Below the pieces are notes generated by a model that saw only the letters and a program-made list of their open reading frames with translations, was not told where the DNA came from and made no database searches. This document shows, in pieces, positions 18,414 to 27,795 of a DNA stretch of 64,000 bases. The stretch is from the NCBI GenBank assembly GCA_036509895.1, contig DATCEV010000034.1, positions 13,437 to 77,436 on the forward strand, written 5' to 3'. Every line of letters begins with the position of its first letter. Position 1 is the first letter of the stretch. Position numbers and translations under genes: made by a program. The stretch comes from Verrucomicrobiia bacterium. Its GTDB lineage: Bacteria; Verrucomicrobiota; Verrucomicrobiia; Limisphaerales; UBA11358.

Positions 18414-19970
18414 TTGGGCAAGCCAACCGGATTTTTAGATTTTAATCGCGAACTGCCGCTGGATCGTTCGGCTATCGAACGCATCCGCGACTGGAACGAA
18501 TTTCATCTGCACATGTCAGACGCCGACCTGAAAAAGCAGGGCGCGCGCTGCATGGATTGCGGCATTCCGTTCTGCCAGCACGGCCAGCTTGTCAGCGGCA
18601 TGGCCAGCGGCTGCCCGATTCACAATCTCATTCCCGAATGGAACGATCTGGTGTATCGCGGACTTTGGAAGGAAGCGCTCGAACGTCTTCACAAGACGAA
18701 TAATTTTCCCGAATTCACCGGGCGCGTTTGTCCCGCGCCATGCGAAGGCTCATGCGTTTTGGGAATCAACGCGCCTCCGGTCACGATCAAGAATATAGAA
18801 CAGGCCATCGCCGATCACGGCTGGGCGAACAATTGGATCGTTCCCGAAATTCCGAAAAAGCGGACGGGGAAAAAAGTCGCGGTCATCGGTTCCGGTCCCG
18901 CCGGACTTTCTGCCGCCGCGCAATTAAATCGCGCTGGCCATCTCGTCACGGTTTTCGAGCGCGCGGATCGCCCCGGCGGTTTGCTCATGTATGGCATTCC
19001 CAACATGAAGCTCGACAAAAACGAAGTTGTGCTGCGGCGAATTAAAGTGCTCGAAGCGGAAGGAATTCAATTTGTTTGCAATACGGAAGTAGTGGCACAG
19101 GCGTCTCGCCTGTGTGATAAGTCACAACAAGAAACGCCAACTCACAGGCAAGATGCCTGTGCCACTAAAAATTATCCGGCGGAAAAATTATTGAAAGAAT
19201 TTGACGCTGTGATTTTGGCGACGGGCGCGACCAAACCGCGCGATTTATCCGTTCCCGGACGCGAATTGAAAGGCATTCACTTTGCGATGGATTTTCTCAC
19301 CGCGAACACGAAAACAATTTTGGACAATCACAAAAACGGAAATTTTATTGACGCAACCGGCAAGGATGTGATCGTCATCGGCGGCGGCGATACCGGAACG
19401 GATTGCGTCGGCACTTCGATGCGGCATGGCTGCAAAAGTTTGGTGCAAGCGGAAATTTTGCCGATGCCGCCGCCTGAACGCGCGAAGGATAATCCGTGGC
19501 CCGAATGGCCGAAGGTTTATAAAATGGATTACGGTCAGGAAGAAGCCGCCGCGAAATTCGGCGCCGATCCGCGCACTTATTTGACGACCGCGACGAAATT
19601 TGAGGGCGACGCGCATGATCATGTCAAAGCCGTTCATCTCGTGCAAATCGAATGGACGCAAAACGACAAAGGCCAGTTCATTCCGAAACACGTTCCCGGA
19701 ACGGAAAAAGTTTTGCCCGCACAACTCGTTTTGCTGGCGATGGGTTTTCTCGGACCGGAACAGCCGTTGCTTGAAGCGCTCGGCATCGAACGCGACGCGC
19801 GCTCAAACGCAAAAGCCGAATTTGAAAAATACGCGACAAATCTTCCGAACGTTTTTGCCTGCGGCGATTGTCGTCGCGGCCAAAGTTTGGTCGTCTGGGC
19901 ATTCAACGAAGGTCGCGGCGCGGCGCGCGAGTGCGACCGTTTCCTCATGGGCGCAACGGATTTGCCGTGA
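18414..19970 (+). CDS. gltD: Glutamate synthase small subunit (NADPH), TTG start, with in-frame palindromic insertion
   Basis: [15 protein letters not shown]..., the Fe-S Cys motifs ([18 protein letters not shown]), and the dinucleotide folds [14 protein letters not shown] and [13 protein letters not shown]. Confidence 0.95.
   Translation: MGKPTGFLDFNRELPLDRSAIERIRDWNEFHLHMSDADLKKQGARCMDCGIPFCQHGQLVSGMASGCPIHNLIPEWNDLVYRGLWKEALERLHKTNNFPEFTGRVCPAPCEGSCVLGINAPPVTIKNIEQAIADHGWANNWIVPEIPKKRTGKKVAVIGSGPAGLSAAAQLNRAGHLVTVFERADRPGGLLMYGIPNMKLDKNEVVLRRIKVLEAEGIQFVCNTEVVAQASRLCDKSQQETPTHRQDACATKNYPAEKLLKEFDAVILATGATKPRDLSVPGRELKGIHFAMDFLTANTKTILDNHKNGNFIDATGKDVIVIGGGDTGTDCVGTSMRHGCKSLVQAEILPMPPPERAKDNPWPEWPKVYKMDYGQEEAAAKFGADPRTYLTTATKFEGDAHDHVKAVHLVQIEWTQNDKGQFIPKHVPGTEKVLPAQLVLLAMGFLGPEQPLLEALGIERDARSNAKAEFEKYATNLPNVFACGDCRRGQSLVVWAFNEGRGAARECDRFLMGATDLP
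19091..19166. repeat. GTGGCACAGGC-type palindromic element inside gltD (in frame)
   Basis: Outer stem agtggcacaggc / gcctgtgccact. Inner hairpins are cacaggcgtctcgcctgtg and cacaggcaagatgcctgtg. Translated as [25 protein letters not shown]. Confidence 0.85.
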
Positions 19971-19993
19971 GGTCACGTTTCTGAAACTTATTC

Positions 19994-20022
19994 TTGACTT
20001 AAGTTGTATCATTGTTTATCGT
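19994..20022 (+). promoter_or_regulatory. Candidate sigma-70 promoter of the cold-shock gene
   Basis: TTGACT (19994-19999), a 17-nt spacer, then TATCGT (20017-20022). This would give a 5' UTR of about 100 nt, as is common for csp mRNAs. Confidence 0.35.
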
Positions 20023-20125
20023 CGGCGACAGGTATGAGCCGTTTCCAAAATTGACTGGCGGGCCAACTGGTTTCCAGTTGCGTCCGTTTTTCTTTTGGAG
20101 CATGCCCGAAAAGTCAGGAGCAATT

Positions 20126-20335
20126 ATGGCTAGCGGCAAAGTCAAATGGTTTGATAACAGAAAAGGGTTTGGTTTCATTGCCCAAAATTCCGGCCAGGAT
20201 GTTTTCGTGCATCACACTTCCATCGTTGGCGAAGGCTACAAAACTTTGAATGAAGGCGAGGAAGTTTCCTTTGAAGCGATCCCCAGTGACAAGGGATTGA
20301 AAGCCCAAAATGTCCATCGCCTGCACGCGCCTTAA
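20126..20335 (+). CDS. Cold-shock protein (CspA family)
   Basis: [33 protein letters not shown] carries the RNP1/RNP2 motifs. AGGAG sits 6 nt upstream of the ATG. Confidence 0.95.
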   Translation: MASGKVKWFDNRKGFGFIAQNSGQDVFVHHTSIVGEGYKTLNEGEEVSFEAIPSDKGLKAQNVHRLHAP

Positions 20336-20415
20336 AGCGAGATGCCGGTCAAATAAAATTCTCGCGCGGTAAAATTTCCATTCGCCAGCGCGTGAATTAC
20401 GCATAAACTGTTTTT

Positions 20416-21636
20416 ATGCCGGATTTCTGTGTCACGCCTGTCGCCAGCCTTTACGTCCACGTTCCTTTTTGCGCGCAGAAATGCGCGTATTGCGCGTTTT
20501 ATTCCGAAGCGTCCAGCGGCGAACTGGTCAACCGTTTTGTCAATGCGCTCATCCGGGAAATGGAAATCGTCGCGGACGATCTCAAAACGAAAACCATTTT
20601 CTTTGGCGGCGGAACCCCGTCGCTCTTGAATCTGCGGCAGTGGGAACAGATTCTCCGCACAATGGAAAAACTGGATCTGCTCGGCGCGGAAGAATTCACC
20701 GTCGAATGCAATCCGGCGACCGTTTCGGCGGACAAGGCAAAATTGTTCCGCGACTTCGGCATCAACCGCATTTCCATGGGCGTGCAATCGCTTGACGAAA
20801 AATTGCTCGACCGGCTCGGACGGATTCATTCGCGCGAAATGGTTTTCAAGTCGTTCGATATTTTGCGCGCCGCCGGTTTTGAAAACATCAATCTGGATTT
20901 GATGTTTGCCATTCCCAGCCAGACGATGGAAATCTGGCGCGACACTTTGAACGAGGCGATGGCGATGCAAAGCGAGCATTTGTCCAGCTACGAAGTCATT
21001 TACGAAGACGACACGCCGCTTTATGAACAACTCAAGGCCGGTGAATTTGCCGTGGATGAAAATCTTGCCTGCGAAATGTATGAGGAATTGATTTCAACCG
21101 CGACGCGCGCCGGTTTTCAGCAATATGAAATCGCGAATTTTGCAAAACAGTCCAAAGTCCAAAGTCCAAAACCCAAAGTCAATGGGACCGAAATAACTTT
21201 GGACATTGGACATTGGACGTTGGACATTCCGTTTTTCGCGTGCAAACACAACGTCATTTACTGGCGCGGCGGAAATTTTTATGGATTGGGGCCGAGCGCG
21301 ACGGGTTACGTTCGCGGCGCGCGGACAAAAAATTGGGCGAACACCCAACTCTATTGCGAGCAATTGGAAAAAGGAAAACGCGCGATTGAATCCCGCGAAG
21401 AATTATCACCGCTGCGACGCGCCGGAGAAATCGCCGCGTTCGGTTTGCGGATGAACGCGGGCTGGCCGTTCATAGAATTCAAACGCGCAACAGATTTTGA
21501 TTTGCGGAATGAATGGTCGTCGGAAATGGACCAACTCGCCGAACGCGGCTGGGCTTCACGCGATTCAGAAAAATTTCAACTCACACATCAAGGACTGCGC
21601 TTCGCAGATTCGGCGGCGGAACTTTTTTTACGTTAA
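20416..21636 (+). CDS. hemW: Radical SAM haem chaperone HemW / HemN-like (with in-frame repeat insertion)
   Basis: LYVHVPFCAQKCAYCAF (the CxxxCxxC radical-SAM cluster), GGGTPS, and HNVIYW near the HemN_C region. Confidence 0.85.
   Translation: MPDFCVTPVASLYVHVPFCAQKCAYCAFYSEASSGELVNRFVNALIREMEIVADDLKTKTIFFGGGTPSLLNLRQWEQILRTMEKLDLLGAEEFTVECNPATVSADKAKLFRDFGINRISMGVQSLDEKLLDRLGRIHSREMVFKSFDILRAAGFENINLDLMFAIPSQTMEIWRDTLNEAMAMQSEHLSSYEVIYEDDTPLYEQLKAGEFAVDENLACEMYEELISTATRAGFQQYEIANFAKQSKVQSPKPKVNGTEITLDIGHWTLDIPFFACKHNVIYWRGGNFYGLGPSATGYVRGARTKNWANTQLYCEQLEKGKRAIESREELSPLRRAGEIAAFGLRMNAGWPFIEFKRATDFDLRNEWSSEMDQLAERGWASRDSEKFQLTHQGLRFADSAAELFLR
21150..21225. repeat. Heptamer-stem hairpin repeat (GTCCAAA type) inside hemW (in frame)
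   Basis: gtccaaagtccaaagtccaaaacccaaagtc (21150-21180), a 16-nt loop, then ctttggacattggacattggacgttggac (21197-21225). Translated as SKVQSPKPKVNGTEITLDIGHWTLD. Confidence 0.85.
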
Positions 21637-21705
21637 ATCGTAATGGCGCGTCGGCAGACCGCCGCATTTATTTTCCGGCTTTCTGCCGAAAACCGCTACG
21701 CCAAA

Positions 21706-23175
21706 TCAAAACGGCATTCGCACCGTAAAAATCGTTCCAACCATTTCTTCGCTGGCGGCTTCAATCATGCCGCCGTGCGCTTCCACAATCGCTTTTGAAA
21801 TAGCCAGCCCCAGGCCCGCGTTGCCGGACGAACGCGATTTGTCCGCGCGATAAAATCGTTCAAACACGCGCGATAAATCCTCCGGCGGAATCCCGTGCCC
21901 GGTATCGGTAATTATTAAAATTGCCAAACCATTTGCCGGTTCCAATTTCACGCGCACTTCGCCTTCGTCATGATTGTATTGAATCGCATTCGTCAAAAGA
22001 TTCGTGACAACTTGCGCGAGCCGTTCGGAATCGCCGACAATTTCCAGCGGCGAAAGCTCGGTGAAAATTTTCACGCCGCGTTCGTCGGCAATCGGTTTGA
22101 CCAGCTCAATGCAGTCGGAAATGGTTTTGGAAAAATCAAAACGCAATCGTTTCAAAATTTCCTGGCCGGCATCAAGCCGGGCGAGCGCGAGCAATGATTC
22201 GATCAATTTCCGCATCCGCTGCGCGGCGCGCTGGCAGGCCTCGATGGTTTGTTTGTAATCGGCGGCTTCGCGTTCGCGATTCAAGGCGGTCTGCGTTTGC
22301 GTCAAAATCACAGAAACGGGCGTGCGCAGTTCATGCGCGGCGTCGGAGGTGAACTGCTGCTGCTGCGCGAAGGCGGCTTCGAGCCGCGCGAAAGTGGAAT
22401 TCAAAACGGCCGCGAGCTGGCCGAGTTCGCTTTCCGCCTCGGCGACGTTGATGCGCTGCGACAAATCGCCGGCGGAAATTTTAACTGCGGCCAAGCTGAT
22501 TTCTGAAATCGGTTTGAGCGAACGGCCGACAAACCACCAGCCGCCCGCGAGGCCAATTAATAAAATCACGCCGCCGATCAAAGTCAGCATGATGGCGTCG
22601 TTGCGAATTTCTTCCAACTCATTGGAAATAGAACAACCGACTTCAATCATTTCGCCAGACGGCAAAATTTTGAGAATGGCATGATAATGGGCAAAAGTTC
22701 TTGGTGCCGGTTTTGCAAACCGATTCGGAAAGGGAGAGAAGCTGTTTTCCGGCTGTGGAAAATGGGTTTCATTCATCGGTTCATTTGGAGGTTGGTTTGT
22801 CGATTTTGCGATTTCATCGTTTTGATTTCTGAGCGAAATTATTTTGAAATAAAAATTATGCGGATCATTGCTGCCAAAAAGAATTTCGTCTTCTGGCCGC
22901 AAATGAAAGGCGTGTGGCGCACGGTTTTCTTGCAGCATTGGTGGGAATTGATCCTCCGGCAACTGGTCGGGTGGTGGTCGGTCTTCGCGGCGTGGCGGGT
23001 GATGCAGCGTGGCGCCGAGAATATCTGCGCGCCGATTCAGTTCGTCATCAATCCCGCGAAAGACCTGCCCTCGTTCGAGTTGAAACGCCGTGAAGCCAAA
23101 ACCCGCCAGCACAACGACAAGAATCAAGCCATACCAAAGCTGCAACCGCCATTTGATGGATTTGAAAATTTTCAT
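21706..23175 (-). CDS. Sensor histidine kinase (two TM segments, HAMP, HisKA, HATPase)
   Basis: It has the H-box FTSDAAHELRTPV, the N-box LLTNAIQYN, DTGHGIP, and GLGLAISKAIVEAHGG. Its placement next to the CusR-like regulator suggests heavy-metal-sensor similarity. Confidence 0.85.
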   Translation of the reverse strand: MKIFKSIKWRLQLWYGLILVVVLAGFGFTAFQLERGQVFRGIDDELNRRADILGATLHHPPRREDRPPPDQLPEDQFPPMLQENRAPHAFHLRPEDEILFGSNDPHNFYFKIISLRNQNDEIAKSTNQPPNEPMNETHFPQPENSFSPFPNRFAKPAPRTFAHYHAILKILPSGEMIEVGCSISNELEEIRNDAIMLTLIGGVILLIGLAGGWWFVGRSLKPISEISLAAVKISAGDLSQRINVAEAESELGQLAAVLNSTFARLEAAFAQQQQFTSDAAHELRTPVSVILTQTQTALNREREAADYKQTIEACQRAAQRMRKLIESLLALARLDAGQEILKRLRFDFSKTISDCIELVKPIADERGVKIFTELSPLEIVGDSERLAQVVTNLLTNAIQYNHDEGEVRVKLEPANGLAILIITDTGHGIPPEDLSRVFERFYRADKSRSSGNAGLGLAISKAIVEAHGGMIEAASEEMVGTIFTVRMPF

Positions 23176-23209
23176 TTAATTCGGAGGGACGATCTCTACG
23201 AATCCCTAT

Positions 23210-23911
23210 TCAAATTATTTTGGGGTTCGGGTAATTCGTCCCTCCGATTGTTGGTGGTTTTCCTTCGATGCAATAGCCGTGGCCGCGCCGGGTGACGATG
23301 AATTCCGCGCCAAGTTTTTTGCGGACGTTGGAAACGTGAACATCCAGAAGATTGGAAAGCGAACTTTCATTTTCATCGAAAAGATGTTCGTAAAGTTGCG
23401 TGCGCGTGACGACTTCGCCGCGATGCAGCGCGAGAAATTCCACCAGCGCATATTCGCGCGCGGTGATTTCCATTATTTTATTTTTGAAAAAAACCTGGCG
23501 CGCGGCGGTGTCAATTTTTACGTCGCCAATTTCAATTTCATTCGTGGTTTTATTTGCGCTGCGGCGGATGAGCGCGCGCAGCCGCGCAAAAATTTCTGCC
23601 AGATCAAATGGTTTGACGACGTAATCATCCGCGCCGGTATCGAGACCTTTCACGCGGTCGCGCGTCTGGTCGCGCGCGGTGAGCATGAGCACCGGCGTTT
23701 TTTTGGTTTTGCGCAGACGCTTGAGCATTTCCCAGCCGTCGAGGCCGGGCAACATCACGTCAAGAATAATTGCGTCGTAGTCCGTGCCTTCGGCGTTGAA
23801 AAGTCCGTCATCGCCGTTGTCGGCGGTGTCCACGGCGTAGCCTTCCTCGCGCAGCGCCTGGGCGAGGCTCGCGAGTAAATCCGGTTCGTCTTCGACAATT
23901 AAAATTCGCAT
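23210..23911 (-). CDS. OmpR/CusR-type response regulator
   Basis: MRILIVEDEPDL...DAIILDVMLPGLDGWE...LTARD...GADDYVVKPF plus a winged-helix C-terminus (LTAREYALVEFL...VSNVRKKL...RGHGY). From memory it aligns well with E. coli CusR. Confidence 0.9.
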   Translation of the reverse strand: MRILIVEDEPDLLASLAQALREEGYAVDTADNGDDGLFNAEGTDYDAIILDVMLPGLDGWEMLKRLRKTKKTPVLMLTARDQTRDRVKGLDTGADDYVVKPFDLAEIFARLRALIRRSANKTTNEIEIGDVKIDTAARQVFFKNKIMEITAREYALVEFLALHRGEVVTRTQLYEHLFDENESSLSNLLDVHVSNVRKKLGAEFIVTRRGHGYCIEGKPPTIGGTNYPNPKII

Positions 23912-24048
23912 CGGCTTGATTCGGCTGCCGAAAGGTTTAGCAGGAAATAACTTTTCCGCCAGTGCGCGGAAATTCTTGCACGCGGAACCTTAAGCGCAGA
24001 TGAAGAGAAAATTTGCGCCGGCTGTGAAAATTTTCCCGCTTCACGTTT

Positions 24049-24071
24049 CCTTAAGGTTCATTTGCTTAAAG
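24049..24071. promoter_or_regulatory. CTTAAGG-type motif pair upstream of the YHYH gene (candidate response-regulator site)
   Basis: ccttaaggttcatttgcttaaag. A further ccttaag lies at 23988-23994. Related sequence gccttaacattcgcttaaggtt occurs upstream of the EF-hand gene (27707-27728). Confidence 0.3.
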
Positions 24072-24078
24072 TCGCGGC

Positions 24079-25884
24079 ATGAAAATGCAAACTTACCTTC
24101 ACCAAATCATTTCCCTGGGATTTTTAACCGTGTTCGCGGGAATTTTTTTCGGGTTCAGCATGATTGTCCGCGCGGATGATTCGCGCACCAATTCCTGGTT
24201 CACGGCTTATTCTGGAAAATACGCGCGCATTTACACGAACGACGCGATGAAAAGCGCCGGCACGACGCTGACGAATTGGGGCAACGGCTCGCAGACGCAA
24301 TCGCCCGCCGCGTATTGCGGCATTCAGGAAGTGTATTCCTCGGCAGATTGGATTTACGTCCGCAGCACCGGCCTCGCCAGTTACAACATGGGGCCGTGGT
24401 ATTTGAATTCCGCGCGCACGCAACCATTTCCCAATTTGCCGGTGAATCAAAAACTGCTCTTCCGTTTTCCACGAACAAACAGCGTGCCGGCGACCAAAGT
24501 TTTGAACGGCGGCGGGCAGATCGGAATTTTTGTGGACGGCGTGGAAATGTTCAACAGTTGGGACGGTTATTATTGGAACGGCAGCGCGGATGTGCAAAAC
24601 GGCGCGGACAACGGCTATTGGAACCGCGACGCTTTTGTCAATGAAGGCGTGACCTTTGACGCCGGTTACGCGCACCAGCAAAATAACGGCGTGTTTCATT
24701 ATCACGCCGATCCGCTGGCGTTGCGCTATGAACTTGGCGACCATGTGGATTACGACACGGCGACAAAAAATTATTCCGAAGACACCAACGCGCCGACGAA
24801 ACATTCGCCGATTCTCGCGTGGGCGGCGGATGGTTTTCCGCTTTACGGCCCCTACGGTTATTCCAACGCGACAAACGCGAACAGCGGAATCCGCCGGATG
24901 ATTTCCGGTTACGTTCCGTGCAACGGTCTGAACGGCACGGATAATCTTTCAACGAACGGCGCGGCGCGAACAACCATTCCCGCGTGGACGCAACGGCTGT
25001 TCGGTGTTTCGGCAAATCAAACTGGCCCGACGGTTTCGAGTTCCTATCCGTTTGGCCGTTACATGGAAGACAACGCCTATCTCGGCGACCTGACCAATTC
25101 CGCCACCGGCACAAATTATCAGCAAGGCGTGGATTTTGATCTGGACGAATACAACGGTCGCTGGTGCGTCACGCCGGAATTTCCGAACGGCACTTACGCC
25201 TACTTTGTCGCGATTGATTCCAACGGCACGCCGGTTTTTCCCTACGACATTGGCCGCGCATTTTACGGCGATCCAATCGGCGGCGCAGTTTCGACAATTA
25301 CCGAAACGGTCGTAACCAATTTTCTCGGCGGGACAAATCTGACTTCAACGCTCAATTCGCCGGCCGTGAAAAATGGAACCGTAACTTTAAGTTGGAGCGC
25401 AATTGAAGGCGGCAGTTATCAAGTCGCGACGACGACGAATTTGGCAAGTTCATCCGATTGGACGGTTCTGGCATCCGGCGTTTTGCCGAATCAAAACGTT
25501 GGCAGCTACACCAATTTTACAACGTCAGACCAAGGGTTTTATCGCGTCGGACGGACTTCCGTCGCGGATTTTGACAGCGCGGGGACGACAACATTTTCGA
25601 CCGCTTCCATCGCGCCGGGCGGCAGCGCCAGCCGCAGTTCGACCGTCACCGTGACAATTACTTTGCCGGGTTCGCCGCCGAATCCGCCGGCGAACGCGCC
25701 GATCACCGGCGTCACGCTGGCCGGCAGCATCAGCGGCTCGAACATCTCCGATTCAACGCCGGGAACGGTCGCCGCAACCTTCACGATTCCGGCGGACGCG
25801 CCCACCGGCGCACAAAACATTGTTGTCACTTTTCAAAGTCCCGCGCCGGCTTACACGCTCACCGGCGGATTTACGATCCACTGA
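24079..25884 (+). CDS. Secreted YHYH-domain protein with two C-terminal Ig-like domains
   Basis: An N-terminal signal/anchor, then ...AGYAHQQNNGVFHYHADP...DGFPLYGPYGY... (the YHYH family motif). The C-terminal beta-sandwich segments are Thr/Ser-rich. Confidence 0.7.
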   Translation: MKMQTYLHQIISLGFLTVFAGIFFGFSMIVRADDSRTNSWFTAYSGKYARIYTNDAMKSAGTTLTNWGNGSQTQSPAAYCGIQEVYSSADWIYVRSTGLASYNMGPWYLNSARTQPFPNLPVNQKLLFRFPRTNSVPATKVLNGGGQIGIFVDGVEMFNSWDGYYWNGSADVQNGADNGYWNRDAFVNEGVTFDAGYAHQQNNGVFHYHADPLALRYELGDHVDYDTATKNYSEDTNAPTKHSPILAWAADGFPLYGPYGYSNATNANSGIRRMISGYVPCNGLNGTDNLSTNGAARTTIPAWTQRLFGVSANQTGPTVSSSYPFGRYMEDNAYLGDLTNSATGTNYQQGVDFDLDEYNGRWCVTPEFPNGTYAYFVAIDSNGTPVFPYDIGRAFYGDPIGGAVSTITETVVTNFLGGTNLTSTLNSPAVKNGTVTLSWSAIEGGSYQVATTTNLASSSDWTVLASGVLPNQNVGSYTNFTTSDQGFYRVGRTSVADFDSAGTTTFSTASIAPGGSASRSSTVTVTITLPGSPPNPPANAPITGVTLAGSISGSNISDSTPGTVAATFTIPADAPTGAQNIVVTFQSPAPAYTLTGGFTIH

Positions 25885-25920
25885 TAATTTGAGGAAGCGT
25901 TCCCGCAAGCCGAAAATAAA

Positions 25921-27690
25921 ATGAAACGCGCGCGAATAAATTTGATTCTGCTTTTCGCTACGGCCATTTCGCTCGCCGCGAACGCCGCCGATTTGCAAAT
26001 CAATTTTGTTCCGCAATTCAACGGCGCGCCGCTGACATTTGACGCGCTGACCAATCAAATTACCGGCGGCCAGAAGATTTCCGTCATGCGATTGGATTTT
26101 CTTTTGTCCGATTTTGCGTTGCACGAAACAAACGGCGTTTGGATTGAACGGAAAAACATTTTCGCGTTCATCGGTGCGCGCGACGGCAAAACCAGTTTCA
26201 CGCTTGCAAATGTTCCGCCGCGAAATTACGACGCCCTCCGTTTTCAAATCGGTTTGCCGCCGGAAATAAATCACGGCGACATCGCGCAATGGCCGGCGAA
26301 TCATCCGCTGAATCCCGGCGTGGACCATTTGTATTGGGACTGGTCAAAGGAATACATTTTTCTCGCGTTTGAAGGCCGCTGGCAAAACGGCAAAAATGAG
26401 AGCGGCTTTTCGTATCACCTTGCGACCGACCGCGAATTGATGACGGTTGAATTGCCGGCGGCGCTGAATTTGAATTCCAGTCGCGAAATTGAAATTGGAC
26501 TTAACACGGACAAATTTTTTTCTACGCCGAACAAAATCCGTTTGAGCGATACAACGGACACAAGCCATTCGCGGACGAACGACCTGCTCGTCGCGCAATT
26601 GCGGGAAAACGTCGAAAATTCATTCGCCATTGAATCTGTAAAAGCATTTTCACCGATTGCCGAATTGACGCACGGAACCAATCACATTGAAATCGCGCCC
26701 AATGCCACGCCGTATCGGCTGACGATTTCAGCGTTTGCGCCGCAACCCAATTTGCCGCGCGACAATCCGCTCACGGTCGAAGGCGTTGATCTCGGCGGTA
26801 AATTATTTTTTGACCGGCGGCTTTCGGCAAATAATTTGGAATCCTGCGCGACTTGCCACAATCCGCATCTGGCATTTTCGCAACCGAGGAGGGTCAGTCG
26901 CGGCGCGGACGGCGACCTCGGCGCGCGCAACGCGATGTCGCTGGAAAATCTCGCTTGGAAGGATTCGTTTTTCTGGGATGGCCGCGCGGCGAGCGTGCGT
27001 GCGCAGGTTTTGCAGCCGATTCAAAATCCAATTGAGATGCACGAATCCTTGACCAATCTCGTTGCCAAAATTTCGGCGGACAAAAATTATCACCGACTTT
27101 TCGCCAACGCCTTTGGTTCGCCGGAAATTACTGCGGACAAAATTGCCCGCGCGCTGGAGCAATTTCTTTTGGTCCAAGTTTCGTTCGATTCAAAATACGA
27201 CCGCGTGATGAATGGTCAGGCAAATTTTACCACGGAAGAAGCGCGCGGTTTTATTTTGTTCAACACGGAATACGATCCGTATCACGGGCAATTCGGCGCG
27301 GATTGTTTTCATTGCCACGGCGGGCCGCTGTTTCAAAGTTTGGACTTTGCCAACAACGGTTTGGATTCGGCATTTTCAGATTTGGGTCGCTACAACGTGA
27401 CGAAACGCGCGGGCGACGAGGGAAAATTTGCCGTGCCGTCGCTGCGCAACGTCGCCGTCACCGCGCCGTATATGCACGACGGACGCTTCAAAACTTTGGG
27501 CGAGGTGATCGAGCATTATTGCACGGGCATGAAACGCAGCGCGACGCTCGATCCGAACCTCGCCAAGCATCCCGACGGCGGCGTGCCGTTGGGCGGCGCG
27601 GACAAAAAAGCGTTGGTCGCGTTTTTAAAAACGCTCACGGATGAAAAGTTTCTGCCGCCGAAAATTTCGGCGGTTCTCGCGCAAAAATAA
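25921..27690 (+). CDS. MbnP-like domain fused to di-haem MauG/MbnH-type cytochrome c peroxidase
   Basis: Signal peptide MKRARINLILLFATAISLAANA. The N-terminal part has the MbnP-like pattern (RLDFLLSDFAL..., YDALRFQIGLPPEINHGD, PLNP...HLYWDWSKEYIF). The C-terminal part has two CxxCH motifs (CATCH at 26845-26859, CFHCH at 27304-27318) and ...APYMHDGRF..., typical of the CCP/MauG family. Confidence 0.75.
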   Translation: MKRARINLILLFATAISLAANAADLQINFVPQFNGAPLTFDALTNQITGGQKISVMRLDFLLSDFALHETNGVWIERKNIFAFIGARDGKTSFTLANVPPRNYDALRFQIGLPPEINHGDIAQWPANHPLNPGVDHLYWDWSKEYIFLAFEGRWQNGKNESGFSYHLATDRELMTVELPAALNLNSSREIEIGLNTDKFFSTPNKIRLSDTTDTSHSRTNDLLVAQLRENVENSFAIESVKAFSPIAELTHGTNHIEIAPNATPYRLTISAFAPQPNLPRDNPLTVEGVDLGGKLFFDRRLSANNLESCATCHNPHLAFSQPRRVSRGADGDLGARNAMSLENLAWKDSFFWDGRAASVRAQVLQPIQNPIEMHESLTNLVAKISADKNYHRLFANAFGSPEITADKIARALEQFLLVQVSFDSKYDRVMNGQANFTTEEARGFILFNTEYDPYHGQFGADCFHCHGGPLFQSLDFANNGLDSAFSDLGRYNVTKRAGDEGKFAVPSLRNVAVTAPYMHDGRFKTLGEVIEHYCTGMKRSATLDPNLAKHPDGGVPLGGADKKALVAFLKTLTDEKFLPPKISAVLAQK

Positions 27691-27706
27691 TTTCAAAAAT
27701 CGTTTT

Positions 27707-27728
27707 GCCTTAACATTCGCTTAAGGTT
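27707..27728. promoter_or_regulatory. Direct CTTAA repeat 11 bp apart upstream of the EF-hand gene (candidate OmpR-family site)
   Basis: gCCTTAAcattcgCTTAAGGtt. It shares the 9-mer cttaaggtt with 24050-24058. Confidence 0.3.
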
Positions 27729-27795
27729 GGTTCGCGTAAATTGAGCGCGCAGATTCACACTCGGCAAAACAAAACAACAAGAAAGAGAGCACAAA

